Positions 1-12,341 of a stretch of 64,000 nucleotides of DNA are shown here, piece after piece. The DNA is from Mobula hypostoma (taxonomy: Eukaryota). Where the stretch lies: the NCBI RefSeq assembly GCF_963921235.1, contig NC_086109.1, positions 10,666,001 through 10,730,000 on the forward strand. The letters are read 5' to 3'. The position numbers and the translations under genes are program-made. Positions within the stretch are counted from its first letter, which is position 1. Every line of letters begins with the position of its first letter. The notes under the pieces were generated by a model. That model was not told where the DNA came from, did no database searches, and was given only the letters and a program-made list of their open reading frames with translations.

Positions 1-440
1 TTCTGTTCTAAATGGGCTCCCTTCAATCCTTAAGTCATGCCCTCTCGTACTAGACTCCCCCATCATGGGAAACAACTTTGCCACATTCACTCTGTCCATG
101 CCTGTCAATAATTCGAAATGTTTCTATGAAGTCTCCTCTCATTCTTCTAAACTCCAAGGAATACAGTCCAAGAGCGGACAAATGTTCCACATATGTTAAC
201 CCTCTCATTCCCGGAATCATTCTAGTGAATCTTCTCTGTACCCTCTCCAATGTCAGCACATCCTTTCTTAAATAAGGAGACCAAAACTGCCCACACTACT
301 CCAAGTGAGGTCTCACCAGCGCCTTATAGAGCCTCAACATCACATCCCTGCTCCTATACTCTATTCCTCCAGAAATGAATGCCAACATTGCATTCGCCTT
401 CTTCACCACCGACTCAACCTGGAAGTTAACCTTAAGGGCA
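1..440 (-). mobile_element. CR1 LINE fragment (ORF2 C-terminal region)
   Basis: ORF 50..259(-) LERVQRRFTRMIPGMRGLTYVEHLSALGLYSLEFRRMRGDFIETF matches the C-terminus of the CR1 ORF2 at 26048-28663. Confidence 0.9.
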
Positions 441-1599
441 TATGAAGGATGTAAGTAATAAAGTCAATTCAATTCCTATGTCTTTGGAAAGTGGGAGGAA
501 GCTGGAGAGGCCAGAGGAAACCCACACAGTCACCGGGAGATGCAATCCCATCTACTGAGACAGTGACGCAGGAGGTAGATGAATTAGAATTGATTTATTA
601 TTGTCACATGTACAGAAGTACAGTGAAAATGGAACTACGTCACTCTCAAGCTCAGCGGTCATTCTTTCCATTCTAAGTCCTGGTGAAGAATCTCGACCTG
701 AGACGTCGACAGTTTCTTCCCGCACTGAATTGCTCCAGCAGTCCTTTTTTTTGTCGCTCCAGATTCCACCATCATAGTCCTTTGTATCTCTGCTTTCCTG
801 AAATTTCTTTTACAACGGGATTGTATCTTTATCTTTTCTTATAGCACAAATATGGATTTAAAATAGTCTTTCTTTTCATTGGTTTATCAAGGTCTAGAAA
901 ACTAACTTAGACATTTTCCATGAATTCATCTGCCACCTTATTGCTACCAGAGTCATGGTGTTATAGAGACTGAAAATGGGTTCTTAACCCCACATCATCT
1001 GTGATGACCAAATCGTCCACTTGAGCTAGTCCTATTTCCCTACATTTGATCCATATCCCTCTAAACTGCTCCTATCCGTTTATCTGGCCAAATATCTTGT
1101 AAACCTTGTGATTTTTCCCATCTCTATCCCTTCTGCTGGCAGCTTATTCAATACAGTCACCAGCCTTTGTATGAAAAGCTTGCCCCACAGATTCCTTCTA
1201 AGTCTTTCCCTCTCACTTGAAACCTATGCCCTCTACTTTTAGATGGTCCTCTCCTGGAGAGAGACCAAGACCATTCACCTTATCAATGCTCTTCATTATT
1301 TTATCATAGCACATGTCCTCCAATCCAGGTCATTCTTGAGAAATCTCCTCTGCACCCTTTCGAAGACCTCAACATCCTTCCTAGGATAGCTGACCTGAAC
1401 TGAGCACAGTACTCTACTTGTGGTCTAACCAGAGTTTTATAAGTCAATTATGATGAGCCTCTTTCTTGAGCCACTGCTGTCCAGGAGTGAAAGTACGGCC
1501 ACAGAGCTCTTTGGGCAAAAAAATCAAGGATTTGGATCTCGCGATGATGAGGAGCTGATTAGTGAATATTCAAGACGCGAGGACAGTGGTCCCAGCACC

Positions 1600-2340
1600 T
1601 GTTTTAATTCTACTTCCCATTCCCATTCCAACATGTCAAGGCCAAGTCATTGGGTATATTTAAAGCGGAGGTTGGCTGGTTCTTGATTAGTAAGGGTCAA
1701 AGATTATGGGGAGCAGGCAGGAGACTGGGGTTGAGAGAGATAATAAACCAGCCATGATGGAAAGCTGGAGCAGACTCGATGGGCTGAATAGTCTAAATTT
1801 GCTCCTATGTCTTGTGGTCTTATGTTGGTCCATCATCTCCTCTGCCACGATGAGGCCACACTCAGGTTGGAGGAGCAACACCTCATATTCCATCTGGATA
1901 GTCACCTGATGGCATGAACATTGATTTCTTTAACTTCCAGTAGTTTCTTCCACTCCTCCTCTCTTTTCCAACCCCCAGTCCTTCTCCTCACTCGGCCCAT
2001 CACCTCCCCTGGTTTCCTCCTCATTCCCTTTCTCCTAAGGTCCAATCTCTTCTCCTATCAGATTCCTTCTTCCTCAGCCCTTTACTTTTTCTACCTGTCA
2101 CCGCCCAGCTTCTCACTTCATTCCACCCTCCCCCCATCCACCCACATGTCCTCTTACCTGGCTTCACCTATCACTTTCTAGCATGTACTCCTTCCTCGTC
2201 CCCCACCTTCTTATTCTGGCTTCTGCTCTCCTTCATTTCCAGTCTTGATGGAGGGTCTCAGCCTGAAACATTGACCGGTTTATTCTCCCCCACAGATGCT
2301 GCCTGACCTGTTGACCAACTCCAGCATTTTGTGTGTTACA
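1600..2340 (+). mobile_element. Penelope-like element 3' remnant (GIY-YIG C-terminus plus pLTR with degenerate hammerhead), interrupted by a CR1 3' end at ~1638-1825
   Basis: Translates as FNSTSHSHSNMS...HDEATLRLEEQHLIFHL...DGMNIDF, typical of the C-terminus of Penelope GIY-YIG endonucleases. It is followed by a pyrimidine-rich tract and cagtcttgatggagggtctcagcctgaaacattgacc (~2240-2276). Confidence 0.8.
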
Positions 2341-2779
2341 ATAGTCAGAATTGTGTTTTTTTTTTGTTTTGTATCAATGGCCATAACTGAATGGGTTCAT
2401 TCACTTTTATTGCAAAATCACTTGTTCGAACATCTGGCTCTTAAAAGCAGAGGAAAGAAAATCCAGAGCAATTTTACAAAAGGAAGTAAATAATTATTTA
2501 GAACAGGAAAACATAAACAGCATTAAAGATTGAATAGTGTTCCACCAATAGTGGAGAGGCTCGATGCCCTTTAAAAAAGCATTATCTATTTTTGGCATCT
2601 CATTCGCCACCCTTAACATTCACTCCCTGTATGGTTGCATTGTTTGTCACAGTTATGGCTCTGTATCAGGACCAGGCACTTGGAAACGTTAACCCCTGCA
2701 AGTTTACCTCCAAGTCACATACCTTCCTGGCCTTGGGAAATATACACTCTGTGCCAACATAGCTGAGACAGGAGTGGAA

Positions 2780-3225
2780 CCCAGTGTGGCATTGTGTTTG
2801 CTGTGCTCACCCACTTCGACGTTCAACTTGTGCTGTTGGAGACGCTCTTCTGCACGTCACTGTTGTAATAGATGGTTATCTGAGTTAATGTCAGCTTGAA
2901 CCAGTCTGGCAACTCTTCTCTGACCTCTCCACACAGCAACAGATTTCACGACATATGCCAGCGATACTAAACCCGATTCTGATTCTCGCAGCTTCCTGTC
3001 AGCTTGAAACAGTCTGGCCATTCTCCTCTGACCCCTCTCATTAATAAGGCATTTTCACCCACAGAACTGCTGCTGACTGGAATTGTTTTTTGTTTTTCAC
3101 ACGATTCTCTGTAACTCTAGAGACTGTTGTGCATGAAAATCCCAGGAAATCAGCCGTTTCTGAGATATTCAAACCACCCGTCTGGCGTCAACAATCATTC
3201 CATGGTAAAAGTCACTTAGGTCATG
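2780..3225 (-). mobile_element. Tc1-like non-autonomous element fragment
   Basis: Reverse-complement similarity to the Tc1 transposase N-terminal remnant at 31950-32200. Confidence 0.75.
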
Positions 3226-3857
3226 TTTCTGGAACCCATCAGTCCCTTCCCCTTTCCCTGCAGCCTTGCAACTAATTCCCTTTCACATGCCCTTCAAATC
3301 CCCTTAGATTCTCTTTACCTCCATTAAGGAGCTATTTTTGGGGTTTGAGAGAAGTTCCTACACCATCAGGCACAACCCTTCCCGCCACCGAAGACGTTTT
3401 TAAAAAGTGGTCCCTCAAAACAGCAGCATCCATCTCTAAGCACTCTCACCGCCCAGGATGTGCCCACTTCTCATTAATACCATCAGGGATGAGGTACAGG
3501 AGCCCAAAGACCATGTTCAACAATCCTGGAATAGCTTAATATTCAGGAAAAGCTTTCTCTAGCTTCAGGTAATTTCTCCTCTCTCGCACTTCACTCGTTT
3601 TTCAGTCCCCCTCCCCCCCACATCCACTCTGTTTGCCTCTCATCTAGATTCACCCATCACTTGCCAGCTTGTACTCCTTCCACTCTTCCCACTCTATTAT
3701 CCTGGCTTCTTCTCACTTCCTTTCCAGTCCGGAAAGAGGGTCTCAGCCTGAAATGTCGACTGTTGATTCCTCTCCATAGATACTGACTGACCTGCCGAGG
3801 TTTTTACGTCTTTTGTGCTGCAAAACAACCAATTTTCACATGATAAAAGTCAGTGAT

Positions 3858-4920
3858 ATATGCAAGAATCTGATATGTTGGATACTATTTTAAATATGAA
3901 TCTTTAATGAGAGGTTCCATTGGTAGAATTTATAATTTATTTTTACTACAAAAAGATAACCTCTCACTAAAGATTAAACAAGATTGGGAGAGAGAACTTA
4001 ATATGACCTTTGTTAATGAAGATTGGTTGCGAGTTTTGAAAATGATCAATTCTTCTTCGATATGTGCCAATCACTGTTTAATTCAATTTAAAATTGTTCA
4101 CTGTTATTATTTAACAAAGGAGAGACTATCCAAAATATTTCCTAACATAGACAATTATTGTGATAGGTGTAAAACTGAAGTAGCCACTTTGTCACATATG
4201 TTCTGGTCATGTTCTTCATTAAAATCTTTTTTGAAATCTTTGTTTTCTACAATTTCTAAAGCTCTGAAAATTAATTTACAACCTAATACAATGACTGTCT
4301 TATTTGGAATAATTCCGCATCATATCCAGGGTATTTCATCTTCAGATCAACATGTAATTGCATTTGTCACATTGTTGGCAAGAAGGGCTATTTTATTGAA
4401 GTGGAAAGATGCCTCTGTCCCTACATTAATTCAATGGTTTTCTCAAGTAATGTCATGTCTTAGCTTCTAAAAAATCAGAAGTAGAACTTTTGATCCTCAA
4501 TTCGATTTTGAGAGAAGATGGGTCTCTTTTGCCAAATATTATCATTTAATTTGAATTAATTTATATGGTTTCCTTCCAATCTTATTTTATGTAAATGTGA
4601 ATTGGCGGTTGCTGATTTTTCTTCTTTATATATATAGATGATTGTAAGACGTATTGCTCCGGGAGTTGATTCCTAATGTTTTTTTTCTCTTTTTTTTTTC
4701 TTTTTCTTTCTCTTGTAGTTACTGGGTTTTTTGTTCTTTTAGTAGTTGGGGTTCTCTTTTTCCTTCTTTTCTTTATAAAAAATATTTTTTTTCATTATCT
4801 TTTTTGATGTTTTTTTGTCTTCAGCTTTATTAACTGTATATATATCAATTTGCTGAAATCTTGTACCATTTTAAAGCTGTAGAAGATTATACATCAATAT
4901 AAAGATTTTAAAAATGAAAA
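3858..4920 (+). mobile_element. 5'-truncated L1/Tx1-clade LINE (ORF2 zf-RVT C-terminus, T-rich 3'UTR, A-rich tail)
   Basis: ORF 3907..4470 has QFKIVH...CDRC...TLSHMFWSC. A 13-bp TSD aaaagtcagtgat lies at 3845-3857 and 4921-4933, with a T/AAAA target. Confidence 0.9.
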
Positions 4921-5249
4921 AAAAGTCAGTGATGATAAATCTGATTCTAGTTCTCAATTGCAAACACGACGCAGATAGCACCCAAGGTCACAACTGAACC
5001 TGTCTCCTTGGGGCTTTGAAACAGCCATATTAACTTCTGAATAACACTGGACTACTGCAGCCTTTATCATGGACTAACGTAATAATTTATTGTAAACGAT
5101 TGACTCACCAGAGCAATAAACAGTCGACCACATATGTATAAGGTGTGATTCTACCAGGACATAGACTTATGATGCAGAGGAGGAATCTATGACTGTAATA
5201 ATCAGTGCCACAGAATTACAGACCGAGTTAGATAACTTAATTTAAACAC

Positions 5250-5790
5250 ACACTTAGTGGCCACTTTGTTCGGCATCTCCTGCACCTACTAAATTGGCCA
5301 CTGAGTGTATGTTTGTGAACTTCTGCTGCTGCATGTTCGACATGTGTGTTCAGAGATACTCTCTGCACACTGTTGTAACGTGTAGTACATGAGTTACTGT
5401 CACCTTCCTGTCAGATCGAACCAGTCTGGCCATTCTCCTTTGACCTCTCTTATTGAGAAGGCATTTTCGCCCACAGATCTGCTGCTCACTAGAGATTTTT
5501 ATTTTGCTTTTTGCACCACCCTCTGTAAACTCAAGAGGCTGCTGTGCACGAAAATCCCAGAGGATCAGCAGTTTTTGAGATACTCAAACCACCCTGTCTG
5601 GCAGCAGCAATCACTTTACGTCACTTATATCAGATTCTTTCCCCATTCTAATATTTGTTCTGAACAACAACTGGACCTCTTGACCAGGTCATCATGCTTT
5701 GATGCATGGAGTTGCTGCCACGTGATTGGCTGATTATACATTTGCATTAACAAGCAGGTGTATAAGTGTAGCTAATAACGTTGCCACTGG
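5250..5790 (-). mobile_element. Tc1-like non-autonomous element
   Basis: Termini resemble cactcagtggccactttattagg. The interior is the reverse complement of the Tc1 HTH remnant in 31810-33557. Confidence 0.75.
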
Positions 5791-6384
5791 AACAGGAACA
5801 GAATGCTGGTTTCATGATGTTTGAGCTGACCAACTTAAGCTGCACTTTACCCTGCATGCGTCATATACCCTTCCTTCCCTGCCTATCCAAATGTTTATTA
5901 AATGTTGGCAGTACGTTCCAGGCAGTTCCCAGTTTCTATTTGTAAAAGCATGCCTTGCACATTTCCTTTAAACTTACCCCTGTCACCTTATAACTACAGT
6001 CTGCTCTCTAGTATTTGTCATTTCCTCCCTGTGAAAAAGACTCTGATCTTCTACCTTATTATTCCTCTCAAAATGTTTGATGTATTTATTTATTTAGAGA
6101 AACAGCAACAAGCCCTGCTGCCTAGCAACCCAGTAATTTAACCCTAGCCTAATCACAGGGCAATTTACAATGACCAATTAACCTACTAACCGGTACATCT
6201 TTGGACTGTGGGAGGAAACTGGAGCACCGGAAGGAAACTATATTACTTCAATCTGGTCACCCCCTCAGCCTCCAATGCTACAGAGAAAATAATCCAAGTT
6301 TGTCCAACCTCGCCTTATAGCTAACACTATAATCCTGATGAGCCTCATCCATACCCTCACTTAAAGCTTCTATTACCTCCCTGT

Positions 6385-6948
6385 TGTAATAACTCCTTTG
6401 GGTCTGTGTGGGGTGCCAGAGAGCATTGGGATCCAAGGCATTTGAGCACCTGAATTAGTTACAAACAAGAGGAAGTCTGCAGATGCTGGGAATCTGAGCA
6501 ACACACACAAAATGCTGGAGGAACTCACCAGGCCAGGCAGCATCTAGGAAAAGAGTACAGTCGACATTTTAGGCCGAGACCCTTTGGCAGACGGGACCTG
6601 AATTAGTTATTTGTTGTTTAACGACAGTCATTAACCATTTAGAGTTTACGTGTGTTTTTCTCAAGCAGCTCGCTCTTTGTAATGTGGTCTCCTGGTGCCT
6701 TCCGGTTAAGTTCGTCAAGTTTACTTTGATAGGCTTGGAGATTTTGTGTCACTTGTATTATTTAAGTGGATGCTCAATTAGCACTAATCGCAGGGTCCTA
6801 GTTTTGAGAATGTTTCTTCTCGGGGTGTCGCTCAGCCACACCACCGATGTTTCTTTGGAATGATTATGAATAAACTCTCACTGCTGTCTCAACTTTGGAG
6901 TCTGTCGTTCCTCCACACTTGGGTTCTGATATTTTGAGCACCTATTAT
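6385..6948. mobile_element. Solo LTR-like repeat (same family as 23560-23950), split by a 134-bp insert
   Basis: Begins tgtaat and shares long similarity with 23560-23950 (tttaacgacagtcattaa, tatgaataaactctc, gagtctgtcg, cacttgggttc). Confidence 0.65.
6462..6595 (-). mobile_element. Short Penelope-pLTR-derived insert with degenerate hammerhead motif
   Basis: A 14-bp TSD acctgaattagtta lies at 6448-6461 and 6596-6609. The minus strand begins cccgtctgccaaagggtctcggcctaaaatgtcgactg. Confidence 0.85.
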
Positions 6949-7307
6949 GGTTCCTATAATGGGGTGACCAGAATAGCACACAGCTCTCCAAATGTGGTCT
7001 AACCAAAGTTTTAAACAGAAATTTAACTTCCCAACCACTGTGGGATAATTAAAATTCCCTTTTGTTCAGCCTTCTGGATTACTAGACGATTAACTACAAT
7101 ACTGCTCAATGGTTAGGCAAATGTCTATATTCTCCACATTCCTGAACTTTGCTATCCTTTGCTTTTGTAAAATAAGATTTGTTACATAGAATCGTGAAAT
7201 GTGTCACTTGCATCAACCACCAACACAGTCCGAGGATGTGCTGGGGGCCATACTTCTGATACCAACATAGCATGCCCACAACTTACTAATTGGCACGGTA
7301 TTTACTA

Positions 7308-7510
7308 GGGCAGCATAGTAGTATAGTGGTTCGCACAATGCTTTACAATGCAGGTGGAAGAGGGTTCAATTCATGCCACTGCCTGTAAGGAGTATGTATG
7401 TTTTCCACCTTAATACACGGGTTTCCTCTGGGTGCTTCAGTTTCCTCACACAGTCCAAACACGTACCGGTTAGTAGGTTAATTGATCTTTGTAAATTGTC
7501 CTGTGATTGG
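7308..7510 (+). mobile_element. tRNA-derived V-SINE (HE1-like)
   Basis: A-box-like tagtagtatagtgg, B-box-like ggttcaattc, and the V-domain gggtttcctctgggtgcttcagtttcctcacacagtccaaa. Confidence 0.75.
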
Positions 7511-7514
7511 GCCT

Positions 7515-7737
7515 TGCACCCTTCTTCAGTTTCAGTCGCCATTGTTTGAAGTTTGAGTTTCTTCGTGTTGCGTTTCAGCATGAAGAAGCTCAACACAGTG
7601 GCATAGAAACCCCACCGCCAACTAGCGTTTTGGCGGTGAATTGCAGAGCGACGCAGACACGCCAACGCACAAGTATAAATGCTCGCAACGGCATAGCCCA
7701 CTTGCGTAAACTAGTACGCACAAGTATAAGTCAGCCT
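7515..7737. mobile_element. PIF/Harbinger non-autonomous element, one end
   Basis: Ends aagtataagtcagcct followed by TTA (7738-7740). The interior is the reverse complement of part of the 32210-33401 element. Confidence 0.75.
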
Positions 7738-8163
7738 TTACTTGATGCCTCAGTCGGAGAGAAGCAATGGAGTCAATCATGTCTCCAGGCTCCTGGTCAC
7801 ACACTTCGCTCTAAACTCTTCTGAACTCCCTCAGAGACAGTGAAATGCCAGATTGCTCAATCAGCCCATCAAAATGTAAATCATAGGCTCCAATCGCATG
7901 CAGCTTAGTAGTATAATCATATTTTAAAGAAGTAAAAGAAGTAATTTTGTGAACTGTCTGCAGGACGTTGCCGTTGTCCGCGATGTTTGCATTGTTTGCT
8001 GGTGCCATCTTGAAACCCTGTAGGTTTCGATGTTTCGATGTAGATGTAGCAAAAATCCCTGTGTTGATTCCATATTTTTGCTTTTCATTATCTTGTCTAG
8101 ATGTTGTTAAAAATGTGATGGCTTCTGCCTCGAGTATTCTTTCACGCAGTGAGTTTGATTCCC

Positions 8164-8314
8164 TCAGCCCTTGTTGAGTGAAATTTTGTCTTCAATTCCC
8201 TTCTTATCCTTCCGCCAATTAATTTGAGCCTTTGCAACCAAGCTGCCGGTGTCTCTGCCAAAGGAAATAATTTCTTCTCTGTTTACCCTACATGTGGCAG
8301 CAGAAATGATAAAG
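8164..8314 (-). other. Candidate terminal coding exon of an unidentified minus-strand gene
   Basis: Non-repetitive sequence; acceptor tatttcag| before 8314; reads (TA|C) FIISAATCRVNREEIISFGRD...LNKG*. Phase-compatible with the 29493-29718 candidate. Confidence 0.2.
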
Positions 8315-9139
8315 CTGAAATAATATATTGCCACAGGGTTAACAACATTGTCGGACATCACATAGCTCAATTAAGATAAGCAGCCTGCAGCTCTTGATAA
8401 TATTTGTAGTGTTGCCCAGAAACGAGTCCATCAGTCTATAAGTAAATGGAGTGGGACTACTGAACAGATTCAATTATCGGAAAATCTTCATGGGCTTTGC
8501 TAATCAGATCAGCACTGTTCAAATATCACTGAGCGAGTGTTTGGAAAGAGAGTGTTGGAGTTGTCAGAGTATAACAACCTCCCCAGTCAATAACAACTTG
8601 GCTGCAGTCCCTCGTAAATAATTCTTGGAATGAAATCTTCCCGTTATGTTAAACTTCCATTGAACCTTGGACAAACTGCCCTTATGCTTTGTAAACATTT
8701 CTAGAATTAAAAAAAAGAGCACAGAGGTGCAGGAGAAGATGCAGAAAGGTCTTAGAGAATGAAATCTAGAACTGTTGCCTAGTTGCAAACATTGGCTGCA
8801 AACTAGTTCGTCCTTTTAAAGTTATTGCTTTTTATGGTCTAGACCACAGAACAGCATAGCACAGGCCCTTCAGCCTAAAACTTTGTGCCCGTCGATCCAA
8901 CATGTCCAGATTGGACATTTGCCTATGTTAGCTCTGTATCCTTCTCTATCTTGCCTATTTAAAAAATGTTCAAAGCTTCATTTATTATCAAAGTAGGTAC
9001 ATAGTATACAACTCCAAGATCTGTCTTCTCCAGATAGCCACGAAACAAAGAAAACCATGAAAGTCAGTTCAAAGAGAAACAGCAAACCCACTATCCTCTC
9101 TGCACAAAAAAAGAATGGTAGCACGATCAGAAAACCCCA

Positions 9140-9550
9140 AAGCCCCCAAATTTTCCTCCCCCGCACAAAAAAACTAACAAAACACAACAAGAATGTCGAT
9201 CCACAAATCCGCATCCCCCATACAAAATGCAACAAGAACATCAACCTCCCCAAACCCCCTCCCCCACACAAAATGCAACAACATTGACCCCCCCAAACCC
9301 CCTCACCCCACACAAAACAAAACAAGAACATCAACTCACAAACCCCCCCTCTGCATAGAACGCAACAAGAACATCGAACTTCCCTAAGCACCCCTCCCCT
9401 GCACAAAATACAACAAGAATATTGACCCCAAACACCCCTCCCATGCACAAAAAACTAACAAAATGCAAGAACATCAACCCGCATATCCCCTTTCCCCGCA
9501 CAAAATGCAACAAAAACATTGATCCCCAAATGCCCCTCCCCCGCACAAAA
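9140..9550. repeat. Degenerate ~45-bp minisatellite (about 9 units) inside an interspersed repeat spanning ~8975-9680
   Basis: Repeating unit of the form aaaatgcaacaagaacatcaacccccaaacccctccccgcac. Confidence 0.8.
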
Positions 9551-10439
9551 AATAAGAAAGAATGGGTGAAAATACAGAATATAAGAAGCATAAGACTGAA
9601 AAAGTCCATAGTCCAAACCCATAAACGCAGATCTCGGCAAAATCCTCCAGCACCATCAAAAGAGAGACACACCACTTGAACACAGAAGTGATGGGCTACA
9701 GGTTTCAGAAATGAAATAATAATCTCAGGCAATGAATCACAGATATCAAATGCTTTTCGTATTTAAAAAAACTTCCCTTGTAAAAGTCTCTTTGGCTTTC
9801 CACTATGTGGTGAGAAATCTGCGCAGGATTACAAAACTTAACAGGAAATGCACCAAAATGCAGTATTTTTGATAAGCTATTATCTAACAAGGATCTTGGG
9901 ATCAAAATCTGGAAGTGGCCGCGTTAAGTTGACAGGGTGGTAAAGGAGGCATATGGCATGACAGCCTTTATCAGTCAAAGCACTGAGTTCAAGAGTCAGG
10001 AAATTTTGTTGCAGCTTCAGAAAACTCTGGTTAGGTCACATCTAGAGTATTGCTTTCAATTCTGGTTGGCCCGTCACAGAAAGGATTTGGAGGCTTCGGA
10101 GATGGTGCAAAAGAGGTTTACTAGGACGCTTGACAGAGACAGAAAAGATTCTGCAGATGCTGGAGGTCTTGAGCAACACTCACAAACCGGCTTCTGCTCC
10201 TCCCTCTGCAGTCTCGACCTAAAATGCTGACCGTTCATTTCCCTCCATAGATTCTGCCTGACCTGCTGAGTTCCTCCACCATTTTGCGTGTGGGCTACCA
10301 GGATGCAGGGTGAATTAGAGGACATGTGCTGTTAAAAAAAAAAGAAAGGCACAAAGCTATTTATTTATTTATTGCGGTACAATGTGGAGTAGCCTCTTTC
10401 AGCACTTCTAGCTGTGCTGCCCAGCAATCCCCTAATTTT

Positions 10440-10650
10440 AACCCTAGCCTAATCATGGGACAAGGTACAATGACCAATTAATCTACCAACTGCTATGTCT
10501 TTGGACTGTGGGAGGAAACTGGAGAACTAAAGGAAACCCATGCGGTCACGGGAAGAACATACAAACTCCTTACAGACAGCGGCAGGAATTGAACCCGGGT
10601 CACCCGTACTGTAAAGCGTTGTGCTAACCACTACTCTACTGTGTCCCCCA
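10440..10650 (-). mobile_element. V-SINE (HE1-like)
   Basis: Reverse complement has A box (gtagagtagtggttagc), B box (gggttcaattcc) and the V-domain. Confidence 0.8.
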
Positions 10651-11267
10651 TATAGGGTAAATAGTGTATACAGCTGGCATCTGCTTCCCTGGGTCAAAAT
10701 GTCTACTACTAGAGGGTCTAAGAAGTAAGGGGAGCATTTCAAAGAAAATGATCAGGACAAGATTTTAACACAGATTGTGGTAGGATCTTGGAATGTGCTG
10801 CCAGGTTTTTTGGTGGAGACAGAAATGACAGAAGCAGCTAAAAGGGTCTTAGAGAGGCACGTGAAGATTCAGAGAATGGTGGGGTTATGGACAGTGTACA
10901 GGCAGAACTGATTAGTTCAATTAAGCATCGTTACCTAAATTAGTTCAGAACCACACTGTGGACAAGGGCCCGTTGCTAAGTGGTACTGTTGTATGTTCTA
11001 TGCAATAAGGACTTTTTAAGGAACTTTAATACAACAAAGCCATCCTGAAGGAAGTGTTAAAGACTGCCTTGATAGGATGGGATTGAGGTAGAGAGGGGGT
11101 GAGGAAATTTTGGAGCGTAGGGTCTCAGTAGAAAAAGGTACAGCCCAAATTAATCCAAAACCTGTAAACAGGAGGATGATAAACAGTCTAGAATTTGAGA
11201 ATTTGTGGTAACACAGTTGTGCAACTCCTGTAAGAGGACCATAACCTTACTGTGGTCTTGTAGGCTT

Positions 11268-12160
11268 TGTTACGTACCCCGTTACTGGGTTGCCAAACCA
11301 GCAGAAATGGATCACTGAGTTGGAGTCTGGATTACTAGAACTAAGAAAGTTTTATTAAAGAAACAAGCAACACAGTACTCTAATCAAAAGGATAATAAAT
11401 GCAACAGTTCAGCAATGATAAACACACATGTACACAGAATTATGATAACAGCATCAATCAAGCTCTATCGTTGTCTAGGGGTAAATGACCAGTTTCAAAG
11501 TGACGCAAAGTTCAGTTCAATTTAGTTCACTTCAGTTCGCAGTAATCGCTGCCGTGGCGATGGACAGTGGGGGGAAGGAGAGAGAGAGAGCAAAACGAAT
11601 GAATATTCAAAACGGCTTCCACACAGGCCTTCACAGTCAGCTTTCGGGTGAGCCCTTTGTGATGTCATCTGAGGTCACTGACCGTGACCCCTCCGTTTCC
11701 CAATACGATTGTTTCTCTGCGGCGAACCTGGCACCCAGGCAAGGGTGGACACACACCAGGTTCCCGCCGATCATGCCTTTCCACCCTGTGCGTCTATGGC
11801 CTGGTCCCGCAACCGGCCTTCCAAAAACTTCCCACCGACTTGTGAGAGACGCACCGCTTCCAGGGTCTTGTTACCTCGGGTGTCGTGTGTGTCTCGCCTT
11901 AGCAAACTTGTCCCTTTTTATTCCCTTGCTGGGGTATCGCCTGTCCATCACTTCAAACAGTTCAGGGTTCAAAGGGGGAGCCGATCTTGACAGCTCTCCT
12001 TCCGTTACTCTCTCCCGTCCCTTCATTAACATCTCCAAATGCTGCTCCATTGTTTTCCTTACCTCTCTCTCTCCTGAAGATAGGTGGCAGACCAACTGCT
12101 GATCCCACTGGTGCCAGCACAGGACAGCTAACATCTTAATCTATGTGTATTCTCGTCACA
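11268..12160 (-). repeat. 3' LTR (893 bp)
   Basis: tgttacg...gtcaca; direct repeat of 15434-16322 with about 25 differences by hand count; minus-strand AATAAA near 11350. Confidence 0.95.
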
Positions 12161-12172
12161 CTTCCCCCCTTT
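12161..12172 (-). promoter_or_regulatory. Polypurine tract
   Basis: cttccccccttt on the plus strand directly abuts the 3' LTR, giving a pure purine run on the minus strand. Confidence 0.9.
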
Positions 12173-12341
12173 AAGGATTTTTACCGGGATAAAAATTACA
12201 AACATGAATACATTATCTGATTCACACAAATATACATCTTTATCAGCTAGTTGGCTAATACAGCGAATTTGAAGTTGTCAACACCTTGACAGACAGTCAG
12301 CAATCACATTTTCCGTCCCTTTTATGTGTGTAATTTTGATA

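Noticed and set aside
7811..8190. Open minus-strand frame of ~125 codons ending ...LREFRRV*
   Set aside because: No recognisable domain and no clear in-frame acceptor; cannot be supported as coding.
9140..9550. CRISPR-like repeat array
   Set aside because: Units are contiguous and degenerate with no unique spacers or cas genes, and the context is vertebrate.
8978..9732. Cys/Gly-rich and Lys/Pro-rich ORFs
   Set aside because: Translation artefacts of the minisatellite.
11485..12102. 205-aa and 263-aa plus-strand ORFs (also 15473-16264) and 87-aa minus ORFs inside the LTRs
   Set aside because: No recognisable motif. Their 5' parts differ by indels between the two LTRs, and the shared part is explained by ~97% LTR identity.
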